A stretch of DNA of 63,581 bases, counting the filler, from Folioceros fuciformis (taxonomy: Eukaryota): assembly GCA_049999805.1 (NCBI GenBank). It is 5 parts of 5 records of this genome, joined end to end, with 100 filler letters (N's around TTAATTAATTAA, not from the genome) between each part and the next. Parts side by side here need not be neighbours in the genome. Positions count along the whole stretch, not along the records: positions 32,983 to 46,368 come from JBNGIO010004130.1; 4 more parts are not named here. One strand, written 5' to 3'. The notes under the pieces were generated by a model. The model was not told the origin of the DNA. It ran no database searches and saw only the letters and a program-made list of their open reading frames with translations. Position numbers and translations under genes: made by a program. Each line of letters starts with the position of its first letter. The first letter of the stretch is position 1. Positions 34,485-45,562 of the stretch are shown here, in pieces.

Positions 34485-35625
34485 CTCACAAGATCTAGGT
34501 TCTAAGATCCATCTACGGCGCACTTCTTTAGAGTCAAGCTCACAAGATTAAGGTTTAGGTTCTCTAGGCACAAACTCATAAGATTTAGGTTTTGGTTAGT
34601 TATATGCCGGCTTACAAGATCTAGGTTTAATATGATCCATGTTCTACATGGTTCTTTAGATGTAGACTCACAAGATTCAAGTTTAACTTCTTTAGGTGTA
34701 GGCTGTGCAGGCTCGCAAGATCGAGGTTTAGGTTCTCTAGGTGCTGCAAACGATGCAAGGTTTAGGTTCTCTAGATGCTGTAGACGATGCAAGGTTTAGG
34801 TTCTCTAGATGCTGNNNNNNNNNNACGATGCAAGGTTTAGGTTCTCTAGATGCTGCAGACCGTGCAGGCTCACAAGATTAAGGTTTAGGTGCAAGGTTTA
34901 GGTTCTCTAGATGTTGCAGACCGTGCAGGCTCACAAGATTAAGGTTAAGGTGCTCTAGGGTATCGAGGTTTAGGTTCTCAAGGTGCAGATTGTATCAAGG
35001 GTTAGGTTCTTAACTAGACCATATGAGGTTTAGGTTCTTCAGGTGCAGTCGCACAAGATCGAGGTTTAGGTTCTTCAGGTGCAATCGCACAAGGTCGAGG
35101 TTTAGGTTCTTCAGGTGCTGCAAACGATGCTTCTTTAGGTATCGAGGTTTATGTTCCTTAGATGTAGACCGTACGATGTTTAGGTTCTTTAGGTGTAGAC
35201 CATATGAGGTTAAGGTTCTTCAAGTGCAAATGTACAAGATCGAGCTTTAGGTTCTTTAGGCGCAATCTGTATGATGTTTAGGTTATTTAGGTGGAGGCCA
35301 TATGAGGTTTAGGTTCTTTAGGTGTAGACCATATGATGTTAACGTTCTACAGGTGCAAATGTACAAGATTGAGCTTTAGGTTCTTTAGGCTCAAACTATA
35401 TGATGTTTAGGTTCTTTAGGTGGAGGCCATATGAGGTTTAGGTTCTTTAGGTGTAGGCCATATGAGGTTTATTTTCTTTAGGTGCAAATGCACAAGATCA
35501 AGCTTTAGGTTCTTTAGATGCAGGCTTACAAGATCAAGGTGTAGTTCCTTTTTGCATAGGCTCATAAGGTTTAGGTTTTCCAAGTGCAGACGCATAAGAT
35601 CTAGGTTTAGGTTCTCTTGGTTCAC
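34485..35625. repeat. Degenerate minisatellite (units ~31-36 bp) with telomere-like AGGTTTAGGTTCT core
   Basis: Many copies of variants such as GAGGTTTAGGTTCTTTAGGTGTAGACCATAT and GAGGTTTAGGTTCTTCAGGTGCAGTCGCACAAGATC. Confidence 0.92.
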
Positions 35626-35635
35626 AAGAGATTGA

Positions 35636-35830
35636 TTTCTTGCACGGTGCTATAAATGCAAGCTCACAAGATCTAGACATTTCCTCTTGCACGGTGCTGT
35701 AAATGTAAGCTCACACTGTAAATGTAAGCTCACAAGATCTAGACATTTCCTGCACGGTGTTTTAGATGCAAGATCATAAGATCCAAGCAATTCTTGCACG
35801 GTGCTTTAAATGCAAGTTCACATGATGTTG
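35636..35830. repeat. ~45-bp tandem repeat, about 4 copies
   Basis: Recurring TTGCACGGTGCT.TAAATGCAAGCTCACAAGATCTAGACATTTCC. Confidence 0.85.
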
Positions 35831-36170
35831 ATTGTGTACTAGGTTTCTATAATTAAGTGTCTATATGAAGACATATGTCATTGCTTTAATTGGTGTCTTG
35901 CACGAAGACATGTGTCATTGCTTTAATTCGTGTCATGCACAAGTATTCGCACACGATTGAATTTATGCACTTTTGTCTATATGGATGCACTTTTGTATAG
36001 TTGTAGTTGATGAGACTTCACTTGCAGGTGGTACATATAAAGATCTATGTTTTGGTACATACATAATTAGCCATGTGACTCATATGAACTTTTGCCTTAT
36101 CTGTACACAACTTGTTTGCTAGTGGTTTTTCTAAGTAGACCCATGCTTAGATAATGAAAAGGCACATTGT

Positions 36171-36531
36171 GGTGGGGTGACAGTGTATAGAACAAAAATT
36201 GCATCTTGTAGAGGCACATCGAGGTGAGGTGACTTTGTATAGGATGAGAATTGCATCTTGTAGAGACACATAAGGTGAGGTGACAGTGTATACAATAAGA
36301 ATTGCATCTTGCAGAGGCACACCTAGGTGAGGTGCAAGATGCATATCCCAATGAGGTGATAGTTCATACTGTCACCTCACCTGACCTGACGTACTTCACC
36401 TCACTTGGACACCTGACCTGACGTATGTCACCTCACTTGGACCTGACCTGACGTACTTCACCTCACTTGGACACCTGACCTGACTTACGTCACCTCACTT
36501 GGACACTACTGTATAGGATAAGAATTGCATC
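36171..36531. repeat. Two nested arrays (~52 bp and ~32 bp) sharing GTGAGGTGAC in opposite orientations
   Basis: GGTGAGGTGAC..TGTATA...AATTGCATCTTGTAGAG.CACA x3, then TCACCTCACTTGGACACCTGACCTGACGTA x4-5, then a further TGTATAGGATAAGAATTGCATCT half-unit. Confidence 0.88.
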
Positions 36532-37494
36532 TCACATTCGGAATGAATTTGGATGGAATGTGAAACACATTCCACATTCAAAATGCTTGGTAGAACTTTG
36601 TTTGCACCTTCCACATTTCTTAATATCTTGGGCATTCACCTATTGCAACCAAATATACACCAGAATCAAGAGCATATCCTTATCACTTCCAAGGAAGATC
36701 TGGTCTGTATTTTTAATACAGACCTTGATGAGTTTGAGAGTCAATGAACCGCGTTGAGAGAGCAACCCTAAATGGTTGGCAGGATGGTGTGCTTCGGAAC
36801 CAGGACCATAGGCAGCCGGCGGTTCATCCGTGGAAGGACTTTAAAAGCAGGAAAATGACTTTGCTCAAGCACGCGGCGGTGACTGAGGACGATTTCCATT
36901 GCCCTCGTTAAGAGCCTCGGGGACATGAACCTTCCGGTAACTTCTCTCCCTGGAAACAGTAGCTCGAAAGGTCGCCCCGACATCCGGCTTTGAGCCATAT
37001 TCGGCCGCACGTTCAACGAACAGAAGGAAACTTGTCGGCCAAGAAAAGAACGTCTGGCAGATAAAGGCTTGGCGGATTTTATAATTTAACATCAAGTAAA
37101 AAGGTTTGAAGGGTCGTTTGCTCCCATCAGGAGTGGGAGTGACATCACAAATGGGTTCAATGCAACTGCAATGTCAAAGTACCGGCGGTGAGGTGCTATG
37201 GGAGGTAGCACCACATCCTTCTTCTGCGGCAGGACATCGGGGCCCGATGTTACGAGGCTTCTTTGAATTGGTCCATCTTTTCTCGCTTGAAAAAGGATTC
37301 CAGGACATATTGTAGGATGCAGTATGTATCGATCTCTCCACCACTGTGTCGTGATCCTTGCTCCGTCAAAACACCAGTACGAGAGTCAATCCAGGTGTTC
37401 CTTCCATGGTATCAACATTTTTCTGGGCTGGTCGCCTTAGTACTTGCATTTCAGAAATCCACCACCGGGTGGGAAGGGTTCTGAAAAGTCCTTC

Positions 37495-39345
37495 CCACGG
37501 GCAGGGAAATTTGCACCTTGTTTTAGTTTGATGAACTTTTAGGCTTCCTGACTAAGGCTAAACACCAGGTCATCAGCAGAGTGTCTCGGTAGGAGAAGCA
37601 CTCGTTGTTCGTCGTCTGACCTAATCGGAGTGATATGTGGCCCTCTGTTTTTTGACACCCAGCTGGTCATCAGGGGAGGTCCAAAACTTCCAAATCCGTT
37701 CTGCCAGTCCAAACGTAAGCATATGAGTCTGCAGCCAACAATTCTACCGACACTGTGTAGTCGGAACAGGCAACAGTCATCAGGTCGAATCTCCCAGGAG
37801 GAGAATGCAGACACAGAAGATGCAGTATTATTCACATTCCCCTCAAGCCTCGTTTAAGAAGAAAAGCACTTTCCAGCTTCAACATGCTCTACCATATTTC
37901 GTGACTGCGTGCCCAACTTCTTCTGCACGCTTCCAGAAAGGACCACGATGTAAGAAGCCATGACGACGGTTTCATTTAAACCACACTGCATGGCAGCACG
38001 AGGAGCACATAATGGTTTTTAGGACAGACAAAAATTACAGTCTCCATTTGGCAATCCACTCTTTGTTGAGGAATGAGCTTAGGAAAAATTCGACGTCTCG
38101 GAAGATTGTCAGCAACCCAGTCATAGAGGAACGTCTACACACTACATACTGACAAACATTGGTCCTAACACACTGCACTCTTGAAAACACAAAATGCTGG
38201 GTACATAAAAGCATCACGATGAACCAATGCAACCATATCACCTTACTTTCATTCGTTAGGATTCCCAGAATCCACATGTAGTGGCTCTTCACTCTCAAGG
38301 TTCTGTATTCCAAGCCCATCATTATGAGAAGAACAGCGTACCAGCAACAAACAAAGGAAGAGACCATTAACTAGGAGTCAATGGTTTGTTGAATTCTCAG
38401 AAAACTTAGCAACATCATTCTGTTCAAGAACCACAGCGATGACATGTTCATGGACTGCTTCTTTTCTCCTCAAGGCTTCCCCTGGTTGTGCTTAAGGAGC
38501 TTGCATTCGCAAGAAAAAGGAGTCGGTGGCGCCTGTACCGACGGCATCACATTTCACGCTAGACAAACCCTTCCAAGTTGGTGCCATCCTATTCTTTGCT
38601 CTTGCAGCTTCTGCTTCCAAAGACTGTTTGCTCAGGTCTCCACGTTTCATATGTAGCTGAAAAAGGCAAGCGCATGCTTGAGACGAGCACTGAAGTTATC
38701 AGGGAAAGACATTTCAGAAACAAGAGGTGTCAGCATGTCATGCTAGCTAGCAAATATCGGCAAACTGTACCTCAACTACATGAAATTCGTCAAACGCTCT
38801 GCGGATACTGATGTCTCAGCTTCTTGCTTATGAAAATCTTCCCTGCAGAGATGAAGGATTAACATTCTGCTCAATCTGAATGCATTCTCGCTAGGTGTCT
38901 GCGAAGTGCCGAGTTCCATCTTCTGTAACACAGCCTCCCCGAGTCTGTCTACAGTGTGGTTTCACACAGCCTTTCGACCCTAACATAGACTGTTTCACCT
39001 TTGAGGACAGCGGGATCCACTTTCTGCGACAGCCCCTCCTGATCTGTCGTCCCCTCTTATTCTGCGGGTGTCGGTCAGAGAGGATTTGATACCAAAAGGT
39101 GAATTTTAACAACAAAGGGGATCTCCTCATCAGTGAAAATGGAATACAGAGTCTCAAGACTGTCCGCTCTTACAGTTCTGTCCACTCTCTGATCCAAAAA
39201 CCTTGGGGATCAGTGGTAAATTATGGATGACAAACATCGTCAAGCACGAAAATGTCTATGCCCCGAGCTGCTACATTTGGAATCATCCCATACATCCGTG
39301 GGTTTCAACCATCTCGCCGCTCAATCTTGAATGCACACATCCTGT
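37495..39345 (-). pseudogene. DDX54: Decayed DEAD-box helicase DDX54/DBP10 (RH29-like), C-terminal half
   Basis: Colinear relics across frames: NVAARGIDIFVLDDV (~39280); YSIFTDEEIPFVVKIHLLVSNPL*PTPAE; KGETVY; SENAFRL; AERLTNF; RPEQTV/LEAEAARAK; RRKEAVHEHVI; VLDL/DDQLGVKKQRATYH; KFIKLKQGANFPARGK (~37500). Many stops and frameshifts. Confidence 0.8.
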
Positions 39346-39655
39346 TCAAGCAAACCCCGACCCTGCTATGCTTCGAGACTGTCTCTGCCTCTTGTAACCT
39401 CGTGCCATGGTTTGGCATTCGCTAATGCCAAACCATGACAAGGGCTTACAAAGAACCAGTGAGTAGCCCAGCACGACAACCAGCATCTCCCGAGAGTCAA
39501 GGAGTAAAGGACGTCGCTAACAAGGACCACATTGCTCTTGAGAGCGTGCTTTGTTCTAAATGAGGGAAAGATTCGGAGCATATCCACTGTTTATACCGTT
39601 CGGTACCAAACTGGAACGTAATAGAAAGCAAATAAGCGCAAAGGTGTACGAAGCC

Positions 39656-40119
39656 ATGGCGTCATCTGCTGCCGGTTACCCCAGTTGCGCTTCCTGCTCT
39701 CCGGCTTCTCGGCATGCTTCGAATCCTGTCGACGATGATGAAGATCCCAACGTGCAGCAGCTGAATCATTGCGCGCCACTCTACATTGGCCTCCAGGTCG
39801 TGGCACTTCTTGCCTTGCCGCTGTGACGCGCCGTCGCCTCGCCTCCTCTGCACTCTGCTCATTACGTTTCCCTTCCCTTTGCAGGATTGTCTCATCAAGA
39901 CAAACAGGAATTGGAGGGAGTGTCAATCTGGTTGGTTTTCGAAACTCATTGTTTGCGAGCAAGGCTGCATCACGGATGGTGTCTGCATGTTGGGTCTGCT
40001 TTGTCTTACCCCAGTTTTCCGCAGAAGTGAAAGCACTCAGGGCCTGTTTCGAAGCATCCAACCAACAACCAGTTCGTGGTGAAGAACAGACGCAGCAGGG
40101 CGGCCCTACGAAGGCGTAG
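39656..40119 (+). CDS. COA4: Twin-CX9C CHCH protein, COA4/CMC3-like cytochrome c oxidase assembly factor
   Basis: Exons 39656-39796, 39885-39930 and 40025-40119 splice to DDDEDPNVQQLNH-C-APLYIGLQD-C-LIKTNRNWRE-C-QSEVKALRA-C-F (CX9C-X10-CX9C). Confidence 0.85.
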
Positions 40120-40507
40120 CGTGCTGGTGGGTTTGGGCGGGGGGTTTGTGGTGACTAGGAAGTATCCTCTGCATCCATGGCGGGTGACATACCACACTTC
40201 TGGGAGGGTGTGGGGCTCTGTACTTGTCGCTATGGTTGGATGGTCTGTTTTGTGAGCATTTGATAAGGAAGCCTCGTTGGAGGCGATCTTGTATACGGAA
40301 AGTGGATAGGAAGGAAGAACATGGTGTTTTGCCTTGGCACCGTTCTGCTATGGTGTGTGTGACGCACAGCCGACAGAAGGAGGGGGAAGCTTGCTTCGGT
40401 AGCTCACATCTTGGAAGCTGATGTAGGTTGGTTCTCTTGCATGTTGCAGGTTCTTCGAAGTTCTCGCAGTCAGGTCTTACCGGGGCTCGGGGCCTTTGAG
40501 CAGTGAA

Positions 40508-41857
40508 ATGGCTTCTGAGAGCACCGTGGAGGGAGTGATCTCCTCCATCGATTGTGACGCCACCGGCGAGTATCCGCGCTTGCAGCAGTTGTTTCGCGAC
40601 AGTGAAGTCAGTGAAAACGGCGGTTCTGGTGCAGAGGAAGAAACCCAGATTGGTTCTGCCATTCCACAGGAAATTCTACCAGTGCCTGCGCAGGCTCCCT
40701 TAGGAGTGCACCTGGGTAGGTCATCCGCTGCGGTGACGTTAGACGTTCCACCTGACGGGGGCCGTGTTGACACCGCAGCTGCACTTGCTGCTGAGAACAT
40801 GATGCTCACTGCATATTGGAGGGCCATCTGTGGAGCCATGCTGGATCCCCCTCCTGTCAAGAGTGCCCTTGTGCAGGTGAAGACAGAGCCTCCGGAGCAA
40901 GATCCCGTCATTGCATCGTCCCCCGCACATGCGGGACCCCTCCATTATCGGGGAGCGCACCAAGCTGACCTAGATGATGAAGCCCAGGTAGATATTGCAG
41001 CCGAAGAATCTGATGAAATCGAGGACGACGACAGTGCGGAGGACGACGATGACAGTGCGGAGGACGACGATGACAGTGTGGAGGACGACGATGATAGTGT
41101 GGAGGTTGTGGAAGCTGATGACCCTGGGGTTGTACAGAATGTGGAAACCGATGGTGCTGACGACGTTCAGATTGTGAACGTTGTGGAGCCCCAACGCCCT
41201 CGTGACGCAGACGGGGAAAATATGGCTTTCCAGTTTCCGAAGGGTCTGGGGACAGGCGAAGTAGATCCGCAAGCCAGTGATTTCTACTACCCAGAGGAAA
41301 CGTGGAATGACAAAAAATCGATGTTTCGTCGGGCATTGTGGAACCCTCCCTTTCGCAGGCCGGCTGTGACAGTGCAATATTATACTGTGCAATGCGTAGC
41401 TTGCCACAAGTGGAGATGGGTACCAAACCGGAGGGTCTATGAGTACATCAGGGAGATGAACTTGGATTGGCCTTTCCGGTGCGAGTATTCGCGGGCCTGG
41501 TCGCCTGGCTCCTCTTGTCGGCAGCCAGCAGAAGTTGAAGCTGGGGATGTGGGCTTTGTGTGGGCGATGGACAAGGCTAGTATCCGTCGACCACCACCCG
41601 GCTGGGAGAGGAAAGTGGTCATCCGCGGGGAAGGCTCACGCATATTTGCCGACATCTACTATCGAGCACCCGATCAGAAGCTTCTCCGCTCGTTGAACGA
41701 GGTGGGCAAGTACCTCACGGAGCATCCGGAATGTGGTGCTCCCATCACGGCATTCGACTTTACCCGACCCCGACCTTTTGTCCCACCGGTTGAACGGAAA
41801 AGGCGCCAGGATTTTCCTGCTGCGGAGACCGTCAAGACTCGAAAGACTCAGATGTGA
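40508..41857 (+). CDS. CW-type zinc finger + methyl-CpG-binding domain protein (plant MBD2-like) with long acidic N-terminus
   Basis: YTVQCVACHKWRWVP...YEYIRE...PFRCE...C..PAE...WAMDK...PPPGWERKVVIRGEG...ADIYYRAP..KLLRSLNEVGKYLTEHPE...FDFTRPRP. Single exon. Confidence 0.92.
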   Translation: MASESTVEGVISSIDCDATGEYPRLQQLFRDSEVSENGGSGAEEETQIGSAIPQEILPVPAQAPLGVHLGRSSAAVTLDVPPDGGRVDTAAALAAENMMLTAYWRAICGAMLDPPPVKSALVQVKTEPPEQDPVIASSPAHAGPLHYRGAHQADLDDEAQVDIAAEESDEIEDDDSAEDDDDSAEDDDDSVEDDDDSVEVVEADDPGVVQNVETDGADDVQIVNVVEPQRPRDADGENMAFQFPKGLGTGEVDPQASDFYYPEETWNDKKSMFRRALWNPPFRRPAVTVQYYTVQCVACHKWRWVPNRRVYEYIREMNLDWPFRCEYSRAWSPGSSCRQPAEVEAGDVGFVWAMDKASIRRPPPGWERKVVIRGEGSRIFADIYYRAPDQKLLRSLNEVGKYLTEHPECGAPITAFDFTRPRPFVPPVERKRRQDFPAAETVKTRKTQM

Positions 41858-42146
41858 GAAGAATGGGACGTCCAGAAGAACTTTCTTTTGGGTAGGTCTG
41901 GTGGCGTTTAGATTTGATGTATGTAGATTCCTGTGACTCTGCCACGTAATGTGTGTTGACGTTTTTCCTTCACGGCAAGGTTGGACGTTGATCATTCATT
42001 TGTTTCAACACAACGGCAGAGAAAAAATGTGAAGTGGCCACTTTTGCTGGCTGTCTACAGATTCAGGATGGCTGGTCTTGTATGTAGTTCCTCGGAAGCG
42101 GGTGGAACTACTCTCTGAATTAGTGAACGCAATGTTCACTGGTGGG

Positions 42147-43724
42147 CTAAACCTTAGGCTGGTGGGCACCAAAGTGATGCTGAAGTTTGAGAGCGAGGAT
42201 GTCATTCCAGGTGTCCACTGGACCTGGTATGCACCAGTGCAGGCAATCCTGCACTTTAGGGTCGAAAATATGCCGGTGAGGGCCAGGATGTGCGTCGGGG
42301 CGTAGCCACGATACGCTTGTGACGTTGAGGATGTCCCAGTTTGGTGCCAAATGCAGTCCTGCCTTCTCGAATTCTTCAAGCTGAAGGTGCAGCAACACTT
42401 CATGGTGGGTTCCAGAAAAGCCGGAGTTGTCCCTTGTGAAGGGCTTCGTTTTGGGGCAATTGCCGCCAGAATCCCATCCGCCTCCCTCGAAGTGGTCCAC
42501 TGCCCACGTCCGCCATAAGCTCAATGCCTGGTAACCGGGCAGAGAACTGATTCGAGCGAAGAAGGTACGCACCCCAGTCCTGTAAGCAGCATGAGAATCA
42601 AGGAAGGCAACCTCTGTCCGGCCCCCATTGTTGGTCCCTAGGATCTTATTTTGGACATAGTACATCGTATCCTTGTAGTACCACTGCCCTGCGGAGAAGA
42701 TGACGACATCAAATTCACGCAATGCGGAGATCAAGGTCTCTGGCACAACGTCCAGATGCACCTTCAACGGCCCATCGGAGGGCTGTTCATACTGGAGTAG
42801 ATACGGTGCCCACAAAACTTGCAAGGTGAAGTTAGTGGAAGGAAAGACCATCCGATACTCCTTCCAACCCTCGGTGTGTTGTGTGGCATGGGCCTGATTA
42901 TCCACCTGGATGTCACAGTGCGCAACAAGTGAGCGAAACTCGGGATACCTTTCCACATAGCCCAAAGGGATAGTTGACGCTATACGCTCACCTTCCACAA
43001 GAGGCAACTCAGTGATTCCATTTGATTCCGGGCGATAGAGTCTCCAGCAAATGCTAAGGCCTTGCCCTCCATCACTTTGAGGAAGGCAGCGGGGTCAAAG
43101 AAAGGAAGGTCGCAAGTATCCGGCTGCCATCGCCAGTACAAGTAGTCGGACTGCTTTCCATACGAAACACAATTGTGGTCACCCTCGCAGCTGTGGTTCC
43201 TGGCGTTGCTCTCGGGCACCCACTCGCCCTGTGTGAAGTCATACATCGCATCGCAAGGCTCTGCATCATTACCAGACCCAAGGAGCATGCACGAATTAGA
43301 CATCTTCTATCTCTTCAATCACATATTGTTCGGCAGAGAGGAAAACATATATACCGTCCCGACCTTTCCCAAACTTGAGCTTGCTGCTTTCAATGTTATC
43401 TTCTAAACCCCCAAGCCTTTCTCCAGTGTCCAATACATCTCCTTTTAATGCATCGCCACCTGTCTGTCCCGGCGAACCTCCCCTCCCCTCTGTAGGCTGC
43501 TTCACAGCGTTGCCCTGAAACCCATCCGTAGCCCCCGGATCTACCTTGCTCCTGCCCTGGTTGGGTGGATTCCAGTCCACATGAATATCATCCCCTTCCA
43601 GGCCTCCAATGTAGAGGAGATAAGGGTTTACATACGCGTAGTAAATCTTCACTACTGCAAATGGCAGGATGGCAAAAAGCAACCATATCCACACCATCCT
43701 GCGCCGACCCTTAGTCGACTCCAT
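42147..43724 (-). CDS. TRICHOME BIREFRINGENCE-LIKE (PMR5N + PC-esterase) polysaccharide O-acetyltransferase, 3 exons
   Basis: N-terminal TM segment; DFTQGEWVP; YLYWRWQPDTCDLP; GDSIARNQMESL; HFEGGGWDSGGNC; RPDAHPG; DCLHWCIPGPVDTWN. GDS and DxxH motifs are intact. Confidence 0.95.
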
Positions 43725-44851
43725 ACGGTTCCCTTGCCTCCTGAAACAAGGGCACGGAAAACAACTTAGCTCCGAATGAACCATCTCGCACCTAGCCCCA
43801 CCAACACGGTACAAGGTAAGGCACAGCCATTGTTGGTTGTGAGATCGGCAAGGATAACTCCCTCTCGATGAGGAAACCAGCTGAAAACAGTGTCGCAGGG
43901 CGCTAAGTACGTTAAGTAGGGGGACTTGCCAGCAATTGAGCTCACCTCACGTCACGACGCAAACCAGCAATCACGGCACAAGCTCCCCGTCACCGGATCT
44001 CAAACACACCGCTCACGGAGATCAGCAGATCAGCTGGCTGGTCCTGAACAGTCGCCGAAACAGTGTCCATTCCTGTCCGGTCCAGAGAAATGCCGCCCTT
44101 GCAGAGCTCTTCAGGTCTGACGGCGGTCCAGCAGCTGCCAAACCGACGGATCTCGCCGCCGCCTACAAGTCGCAGACATCGCTGCTCCGGCTGGCTCCAA
44201 GCCGCCAATCTGTGGCAGGACAAGTGAGCCTCGAGTTGCACAGGAAACCGGAGATCACGATTCGCGAATCGCGGACTGTACACTGTAGTAAGTACGAGGC
44301 CCGCCATAAATCAGCCGGCCAGTTAACTGGTGCTTGGCCAACTTCGAAGTTTGAACCCTCCGCCAAACCGACAAAGGGTTTACAGTTGCTGCAGTTCTGG
44401 ACCAGCAATGCGGAGCTGAGCTGTTGCGTGCAGTTAGCGGCGAGGAGAGCAAATTTTTAGGCAATTTTCATGGCGTCCCCGATGCTTTGCGTGCCGGCTG
44501 AAGCGGCCAGTCTCCGGGGGCAACAATTCATGTCAGCCGTCACGCAAATCTTGCTGCTGAGCGTTCCCGGCCACATCAGGTCTCCGATACCATTCAGCTT
44601 GATGTGGATGCAGGCTTCAGAATCAAGTCCTCCTGTCCAAGAACGGCAGCGTACAAGAGCCGGCTGCCTGTGGCTCCGAATCGGGACTGGAAGGGCAAGA
44701 TCTGTCCAAGAACGGCATTCAACAAATCGCCTTACTTTCGGCTCTTCACGGGGATTCTCATCCCGCCGTCCCGGCATCACTCCCTGGCCAGCAGATGCTG
44801 TTCACCTAGGGCTCTGATCCAAGCTCCAGGCTCACTGCAGAAGCAGCCAAG

Positions 44852-45562
44852 ATGCATCCGGCCATCAGGTGCAGCAAGGTAGGGCGGATCTGCACCAGGC
44901 AGATCGACTTCCCCTTCCATGAGCAGACGATGCCGAGCCCTCCCAAGGAAGCCAAAGAGGCGCACGACTACATAGTGAGGCACTCCATCCCGGATCCAGC
45001 TGGCTTGCGGACGGAGCGCAAGTGGCAGACCCCGGGCAACTTCTCCTCCCCTCCCAAGTTCTGCAGGCTCTACTCTCACGCCCGCGTGTTCAACACATGC
45101 GAGAGACAGGAATTCTTCCTCCTCCCCGATTTCCGCCGCTTGCAGTGCTTCTACTTCCCCCGGCCCCCAATGCCAGAGAAGGAGCGCATGTGCGACACCA
45201 GGAAGACGAAGCGGAACGCGGGCTCGTTCTGTGCCAAGGAGGATCTGTGGGGCGCATGGGACCCGCGGTCGCAGGCGCCCGAACGCAAAGAGACCCTGAG
45301 GATACAGGCCGAGATCGAGGCGGGAGACAGGAAGCATACCAAATGGTTTTACAGCAAGCACAGGAAGGCTATTGAGGCTCTCCGCGAGAGGCACAAGCGG
45401 GGCGAGAGCAACTACAAGTCCTGCCATCCTCCGGAGTCCCCTCCCAAGCCCATTCCCAAGCTCCGGATCAGGGAGGAGCTCGACCTGGAAGCAGTGATGG
45501 CGTTGAAGCACTGGAAGCCTAACATTGATGACCTTCTGGCTAAGGGATTTTCCGTTATATGA
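44852..45562 (+). CDS. Hypothetical intronless protein with no recognised domain
   Basis: 236-aa ORF whose codons mostly end in G/C, like nearby real genes. It is followed by an abrupt drop to AT-rich DNA. Confidence 0.6.
   Translation: MHPAIRCSKVGRICTRQIDFPFHEQTMPSPPKEAKEAHDYIVRHSIPDPAGLRTERKWQTPGNFSSPPKFCRLYSHARVFNTCERQEFFLLPDFRRLQCFYFPRPPMPEKERMCDTRKTKRNAGSFCAKEDLWGAWDPRSQAPERKETLRIQAEIEAGDRKHTKWFYSKHRKAIEALRERHKRGESNYKSCHPPESPPKPIPKLRIREELDLEAVMALKHWKPNIDDLLAKGFSVI

Noticed and set aside
34502-35625. Short repetitive ORFs (RFRFFRC, ENLNL)
   Set aside because: They are translations of the satellite.
39406-39460. Helitron 3' end
   Set aside because: A hairpin is present, but no CTRR terminus follows at the expected short distance.
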